From: an uncultured Hyphomicrobiales bacterium
Lineage (GTDB): Bacteria > Bacteroidota > Ignavibacteria > Kapaibacteriales > UBA2268
Assembly: GCA_964610885.1 (NCBI GenBank)
Contig: CAZSWR010000001.1
Location: 63,260 to 127,259, forward strand
Reading direction: 5' to 3'
Length of the DNA: 64,000 bases
Of the stretch, positions 58,896-64,000 are shown in pieces. Every line of letters begins with the position of its first letter. The stretch's first letter is position 1. Under the pieces are notes generated by a model. The model made no database searches, was not told the origin of the DNA, and was given only the letters and a program-made list of their open reading frames with translations. The position numbers and the translations under genes were made by a program.

Positions 58896-61172
58896 TTAAA
58901 CGGCGATAGGTAGCATTACGGAAAAGGTTGAGCCGCAGCCGGGAGCGCTTTCAACGCGAATATCCCCGCCATTTTTCATCACGAACTCTTTGCAAATAAT
59001 CAAACCCAAACCGGTTCCTGTCTCGCCTTCGGTTCCTCTCGACGAAGATGAATACTCGATTCTGAATAACCGTTCGATGTATTGCTCGTCCATTCCAACG
59101 CCGTGATCCTTGATCTCGATTTGAATTTGTTCGTCGTACTTCGAGGCAAATACCTCTACTGTGCCGCCTCTTGGAGTGAATTTTCGAGCATTGGAGAGCA
59201 GATTCCTCAGCACCATGTAAATCATCCAAACATCGGCCTTCGCGGACAGGTCTGGATCGATATAAGTGATTAATTCAATTTCTTTTTTTGCAAAAGAATC
59301 CCTTTTCTGTTCGATAACGCTTTCTATCAAATCAGAAATTTTAGCTTCTTCGATGTTTAGGTTGATTTGTCCTATTTGGGAGCGAGACCAAATCAGTAAG
59401 TTTTCTAAGAGCTTGAAAATGTTTGCCGATGCCTTGCTCATCTCGACGGCTAATTCGTTGATTTCGCTGAGGGAAAGATTGTCGAAATCGTCAGTGAGCA
59501 TATTTGTTAGGTTCTGGAATGCTGAAATCGGATTCTTCAAATCGTGCGAGATTATCGAGAAAAGCTTGTCTTTGGTCGAATTTAATTCTTTCAGTTGGTC
59601 GTATGAATTCAGAAGCTCTATTTCGGCATTCTTGCGCTCGGAAATATCCTTCACAATCAGAAGCACCCATTTCGGTTGGTCTTTGATCCGAACAATTTTT
59701 GCATAGACTTCGACATATTTGCTGTTGTTCATTTCGGTCGTAATTGGCAAGACGAAACTCTCAACGAATCCATCGGCGATGAGTTGGTGCCAAATGTGCG
59801 CAGCGAAGCCCATATCCTTCGGGAAGATCATATTGCTGAAATTCGATACGCTTAATTCTTCTACGTTCGACGAGTCGCAGATTTCGAGCATTTTGTCGTT
59901 GCAATTGATTGGTTTGCCGTCCAAGGTTAGCAGCGCAATGCCATCGGGCGACGTTTCAAAAAGGCTTCTGTATTTGCTTTCGCTTTCGGCGATCGCATGT
60001 TCGATTGTCTTCCTTTGCGTTACGTCCCGGACGGAAAGCACTCCGCCAATGTATTTGCCATTCCGGTCGAAGTATGGCTTGCCGAGGCCTTCGATCCACA
60101 CTTTGCGGCCATCGCGCGCCCGCAACAGAAACTCTCCTTTTTGGACGTGTGGCGTATATGTACTTTTGACGTACATTTTCTGCAAAAGAACTGCGAACTG
60201 CGCATCGACGAATTCCCAAAAGAATTTGCCAATAGCATATCCTTGGGTGTATCCGAGCATCGATTCGATAGCCGGATTGATAAACACAATCCGCCCGAAG
60301 GAATCGGTCTCGGCCACGATATCGGCGATATTTTCTGTTACAATATGGAGCTGTTCGCGGCTATGTTTCAGCTTGAGTTCTTTTTCTTTTCTCTCGTCGA
60401 TATTGTCCACAAACCCAATGATACTCTTTTTTCTTCCCATTTTGTCCGGGATGACTTTCAGCGTCAAACGGCTCCAGAAGTATCCGCCATTGGGCTTCTT
60501 AAGTTTCGTCTCGAGAGTGTATTTCTTTCGGGGTTCCATCGACTGTATATCGAAAACCGCATCGGAATCGCTAAGGCTGAAAAGAGTAAAAATATTGTTG
60601 CTGCAAGAGAGCAAGTCATCTATCGATGAGAATCCGAATAGCTCGGCGAATTCGGAGTTTATTTCTGTTATTTCGCCATTGATGTGCGCTTTGAAGACAC
60701 CAATTGGGGCATCGTTGAACAAGAAGTTGTATTTAAGCGAAGATTTGAAGCTGTCGTGCTCGGCGCGGCGCAGACGAGTAATATCAATAATAGTCCCTAC
60801 CAAGCGCCCGTTTGCCGAAGTGCAACAATTAACTTGGTAGGCCATTTCGCCAATTGTGGCGCAACCAGACGATGGGCACGCCCTACCCTTTTCAATTACT
60901 TTCGCTATTGAATCGATTGCGATTAGCGATTGGAATACTTCTTTATTCTTCCCAGGGCTTTGGCCATTGGGCAACAGATCGAAACCGCCATTCTCTGCGC
61001 TCTCGAATACTATAACAGGAGATAGCGAACCGATAATTGGATCGTTATTGATAAAACAATTTCTATTATCTAGCACTTCCAAAACCTCATCACCATTCAT
61101 TGAATCCAATTCAATATCAGAATCTTGGAAGTTCAAAGGACTCGAAGTTTTCATGGGAACTAATTTTTGCAC
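58896..61172 (-). CDS. Multi-PAS sensor histidine kinase
   Basis: 758 aa; several PAS/PAC segments, H-box FSIISHDLKNPISAF, HATPase_c G-boxes (GTGLGLIICKEFVMKNGGDIRVES). Confidence 0.85.
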   Translation of the reverse strand: MQKLVPMKTSSPLNFQDSDIELDSMNGDEVLEVLDNRNCFINNDPIIGSLSPVIVFESAENGGFDLLPNGQSPGKNKEVFQSLIAIDSIAKVIEKGRACPSSGCATIGEMAYQVNCCTSANGRLVGTIIDITRLRRAEHDSFKSSLKYNFLFNDAPIGVFKAHINGEITEINSEFAELFGFSSIDDLLSCSNNIFTLFSLSDSDAVFDIQSMEPRKKYTLETKLKKPNGGYFWSRLTLKVIPDKMGRKKSIIGFVDNIDERKEKELKLKHSREQLHIVTENIADIVAETDSFGRIVFINPAIESMLGYTQGYAIGKFFWEFVDAQFAVLLQKMYVKSTYTPHVQKGEFLLRARDGRKVWIEGLGKPYFDRNGKYIGGVLSVRDVTQRKTIEHAIAESESKYRSLFETSPDGIALLTLDGKPINCNDKMLEICDSSNVEELSVSNFSNMIFPKDMGFAAHIWHQLIADGFVESFVLPITTEMNNSKYVEVYAKIVRIKDQPKWVLLIVKDISERKNAEIELLNSYDQLKELNSTKDKLFSIISHDLKNPISAFQNLTNMLTDDFDNLSLSEINELAVEMSKASANIFKLLENLLIWSRSQIGQINLNIEEAKISDLIESVIEQKRDSFAKKEIELITYIDPDLSAKADVWMIYMVLRNLLSNARKFTPRGGTVEVFASKYDEQIQIEIKDHGVGMDEQYIERLFRIEYSSSSRGTEGETGTGLGLIICKEFVMKNGGDIRVESAPGCGSTFSVMLPIAV

Positions 61173-61406
61173 TAAAACATAATACGAAGTTAAGATTTTT
61201 TTTGACTATTTCCAAATAAATGCGATCAAATATTCTCTTATCATATTGTATTAAAGAGCATTAGAACAATTCATTTGTCTTGCGCAAATATTTGTCGTCA
61301 TTCCCCAGAAAATTAATAAAACAACATCGGGATGCAAATATAGCAGCAGCTTAATTTCTAACACCAGGAAATATGAAATAATCTTCATCTTTTCTTTCAT
61401 TATTGA

Positions 61407-61442
61407 GCTGCCCTTAAAAAACAAAGTGGCAGTCGCCACCTA
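61407..61442 (-). terminator. 36-nt repeat copy B; acts as an intrinsic terminator directly after the upstream sensor-kinase stop codon
   Basis: Minus strand: TAA stop, then AGGTGGCGACTGCCACTT hairpin followed by TGTTTTTT. 33/36 identical to 35993-36028. Confidence 0.5.
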
Positions 61443-61444
61443 TT

Positions 61445-64000
61445 TTATTCTGGATTTTCCTCGCCGGTTGCTATGGGGAAGCGAACGACAAACCGCGTGC
61501 CGACGCCGCTTTCGCTTTGGACCTCGATCGTCCCGCCCATCATTTCGGTAAACCTTTTGGCGAGCGAAAGGCCGAGGCCCGTACCCTCATAGTTACGGCC
61601 GATTCCTTCGCTCACTTGCCTGAATTCCTCGAACACATGGTGAATGTTTTCTTTCGATATTCCAATTCCTGTATCTTCCACTTTGACAGTTGCGAACCAG
61701 TTGCCAGAGATATATTCGCGTGTAAGATGCACGGAGATTTCCCCGGAATTTGTGAATTTTACGGCATTATTCAGTAAGTTATTTATGATCCCGATGAAAA
61801 ACTTCTTATCAATTTTTGCTTCAATATTTCTGCTTTCAATTTTGCAGATAAGTGCAATACTTTTTTGCTGAGCCAAGGGATAGAATAGATTTACAACCTC
61901 CTCGATTGGTTCGGAGAGAGACACCACGGCGAGCTGCAAATCGTATTTATTTGCTTCGATTCGGCTAATGTCCAAGATTTGATTTAAGGTGTCGAGCAAT
62001 CGTTTCCCACTTTTGTGTATCACCATTGCAATTTCTTTTGATTCTTTATCATTGGCCTCGTCGGCAAGAACTTGGGCAAACCCGAGGATGCCATTGAGCG
62101 GTGTTCGTATTTCGTGGCTCATGCTGGCCAGGAAGCTGGATTTGGAGCGGCTGAGCTGCTCGGCGGATTCTTTTGCGGCAATTAGCTCGCGCTCAGTCTG
62201 TTTCCTAAGGCTAATATTCCTCATTATATATAAAGTGTTTGTATATAAATTCATTGAGACTGATCTCGAAATACTTGCACCCACTTCGATATAAGCTCCA
62301 TTCATATCGACTATTATAAACTCTGTCGAGACTTGCCATTCGCTTGCACCATTGTATTGCCGCTCCAAATCAGCAATTGCAGCTGCTGATTCGGCCGGTA
62401 GGAAAGCATCGAAACGAATATCCGTATTGGTATTCTTATCGTTTTCGAGTTTTACCAACTTAAAAAAGCTCGGATTCGCATATTCAATAAAACCATTTTT
62501 GACGAATACAATTGCATCAAATGCACTATCGATTAAGTTAAAGTATTTTCCTCGCGTTTCTTGCATTTCTTTGATGGCCGATACTTCATTGGAAATATTC
62601 AGAAAGGATCCGCTCATCAGCTGTGGCGTATCGTTATCATTTTTCTTTATCAACGATAGGATGGCTTGGCAAATAAAGGTATCGCCATATTTTGTGGCGG
62701 CCATTAATTCACCGATCCATTGGTTATGAAGTTTCAGCAAATTCATTGCTTCTTTGAAATGATTTCTGTCCTCCCAGAGCGAAGAGAGTTCATAGCCAAA
62801 GATTTCTTTCCGCGAATCGAAATCCCACATTTTGACCAATGAATCGTTCACATATTTTATCTTTCCATCAGTATCCGCCATCACAATGGCGCTAATAGAA
62901 TTTTCGATGGATAAATCCTTGAGTCTCATTTCGTTTTCGGCCTGCCAGCGAAGTATGACCTGCGTCAGGTGGTTGGCAAAGTCCTCCAAGAAATACTTGC
63001 TCGGGAAAGGAAAATTGGGACGGACGTCGGAAAGCGTATAGATACCGATAAACGTATTTGCTGAGAACAATGGAACGCAAGCAAATGAACGCACCTTGAA
63101 TTGCTTGGCAATATCGAACATTTTGTCTTTGCGTAGCGAGATATCGCTAACGACCAAAGGCTTGCCAGTTGTCTTGACGTATTCGGTGGTCGTATTCTCC
63201 GATATGCAATTGTATCCTTTCGTATCGATGCTGCCATCCTGGCGTACCATTATTATCCTATTGGTATCGCTGTCATAAAGGCCAATATTTACGATGCTGA
63301 ATCCGAACGCTTCCGAGAGAACGTTTTGGGCCGCAGCAAAAATTTCCTCTATTGAGATAAGGTTCATGAAAACCCAGCTGATTCGAGAAATCGTTGCCCT
63401 CTCCTGCTCGATTCTCTTCCGCTCGGAAATATCACGGAAAATTACCTGGACAATCTTCTCGTTGTTTAGCGTAAGTGAGCACGACGAGACCTCGACGTCT
63501 ATCGAAGTGCCGTCTGCGCGTATAAACTTCTCTTCGATTGTTGGAACTGCACCGTTTATCGTGGTCATTATGGTTTGACGGTTCTTAACAATTTCCAAAT
63601 AGTCAGGATGGACAAAATCCATAATACTCCTGCCGATAATACTATCGGACTCGTCAATTCCCAATAATTGATAAACCTTTCGATTGGCAAATATAAACTT
63701 CTGATCTTTGTGCATACAAATTGCGTCGGGAGACTGCTCGATCAGTTTCCTATATTTCTCTTCGCTATCCTTCAGGTTGGATATGGCACGTTCCTGTTCG
63801 GTAATGTCGGACATAACCGAGACATATCCAACATGCTCTCCATTGGCGTCGAAGAGGTAATCCCAATCGACTCGTACTTTAATCAACTGTCCGCTCTTTG
63901 TAATGTCGTCGCACAAAAAGATCTTTGGAAGCGCAGCATTTGTCCTTAATTCATCGAAGATTCTTGGTAGCGAGTCTTTGATTTCTCCTTCTACCATGAG
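61445..64000 (-). CDS. GAF/PAS sensor histidine kinase, 5' end probably beyond the window
   Basis: More than 850 aa in frame with no stop up to the window end. PAS/GAF-like segments, H-box FLASMSHEIRTPLNGILGFAQVL, HATPase_c (GTGLGLSLAKRFTEMMGGTIEVQSESGVGTRF). Confidence 0.8.
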   Translation of the reverse strand, partial: LMVEGEIKDSLPRIFDELRTNAALPKIFLCDDITKSGQLIKVRVDWDYLFDANGEHVGYVSVMSDITEQERAISNLKDSEEKYRKLIEQSPDAICMHKDQKFIFANRKVYQLLGIDESDSIIGRSIMDFVHPDYLEIVKNRQTIMTTINGAVPTIEEKFIRADGTSIDVEVSSCSLTLNNEKIVQVIFRDISERKRIEQERATISRISWVFMNLISIEEIFAAAQNVLSEAFGFSIVNIGLYDSDTNRIIMVRQDGSIDTKGYNCISENTTTEYVKTTGKPLVVSDISLRKDKMFDIAKQFKVRSFACVPLFSANTFIGIYTLSDVRPNFPFPSKYFLEDFANHLTQVILRWQAENEMRLKDLSIENSISAIVMADTDGKIKYVNDSLVKMWDFDSRKEIFGYELSSLWEDRNHFKEAMNLLKLHNQWIGELMAATKYGDTFICQAILSLIKKNDNDTPQLMSGSFLNISNEVSAIKEMQETRGKYFNLIDSAFDAIVFVKNGFIEYANPSFFKLVKLENDKNTNTDIRFDAFLPAESAAAIADLERQYNGASEWQVSTEFIIVDMNGAYIEVGASISRSVSMNLYTNTLYIMRNISLRKQTERELIAAKESAEQLSRSKSSFLASMSHEIRTPLNGILGFAQVLADEANDKESKEIAMVIHKSGKRLLDTLNQILDISRIEANKYDLQLAVVSLSEPIEEVVNLFYPLAQQKSIALICKIESRNIEAKIDKKFFIGIINNLLNNAVKFTNSGEISVHLTREYISGNWFATVKVEDTGIGISKENIHHVFEEFRQVSEGIGRNYEGTGLGLSLAKRFTEMMGGTIEVQSESGVGTRFVVRFPIATGEENPE

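Noticed and set aside
59719-60840. 373-aa ORF on the + strand
   Set aside because: Antisense to the multi-PAS histidine kinase, which has clear H-box and HATPase motifs; low-complexity S/L/I-rich translation.
1-64000. CRISPR arrays, rRNA genes, transposases, integrases, phage genes
   Set aside because: I looked for regularly spaced direct repeats and for transposase/integrase-like ORFs and found none. The only RNA gene found is tRNA-Cys.

Overview
This 64 kb window looks like a chromosomal segment from a moderate-GC bacterium of the Fibrobacteres-Chlorobi-Bacteroidetes (FCB) group. The evidence for that placement is several FCB-typical features: a type IX secretion system (T9SS) C-terminal sorting domain on a 2175-aa secreted protein, GWxTD and DUF3078 proteins, an Oar-like TonB-dependent receptor, and a chemotaxis-like Cache/HAMP sensor. 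Most genes are housekeeping and well supported: uvrC, rluE, efp plus tRNA-Cys, mtnA, pyrB, pyrC, pyk, an ABC-F protein, xth, priA, pta-ackA, nnr, ybaK, trmH, a beta carbonic anhydrase, a heavy-metal-type RND efflux operon (adaptor-pump-TolC) and four sensor kinases. No CRISPR array, rRNA, transposase or integrase was seen.

The less ordinary content is mostly non-coding:
- A ~215-230 bp intergenic repeat family with two full copies and one internally deleted mini-copy. It is built around a 20-24 bp palindrome (CCCACGGGTTAACCCGTGGG) and conserved hairpins, one of which shows compensatory base changes between copies.
- A 199 bp element bounded by perfect 27 bp inverted repeats between xth and priA, plus a solo copy of the same G-rich hairpin unit elsewhere.
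- A 36 nt repeat present twice (33/36 identical) that carries a GTGGC-AGTC-GCCAC hairpin.
- A 430 bp gene-free region between two convergent terminators that carries short reiterated palindromes.

On the protein side:
- A 1059-aa protein combines a GAF-like N-terminus, a pyruvate-phosphate-dikinase-type ATP-grasp domain and a C-terminal Pol-beta nucleotidyltransferase domain.
- A His-rich two-transmembrane small protein sits directly upstream of the RND efflux operon.
- A translationally coupled GWxTD-mtnA-znuA-like trio follows the giant T9SS gene, and the ZnuA-like binding protein has no ABC partners.

I worked from sequence and from motif recall only. No searches were run, so every family assignment is my recognition of conserved motifs.
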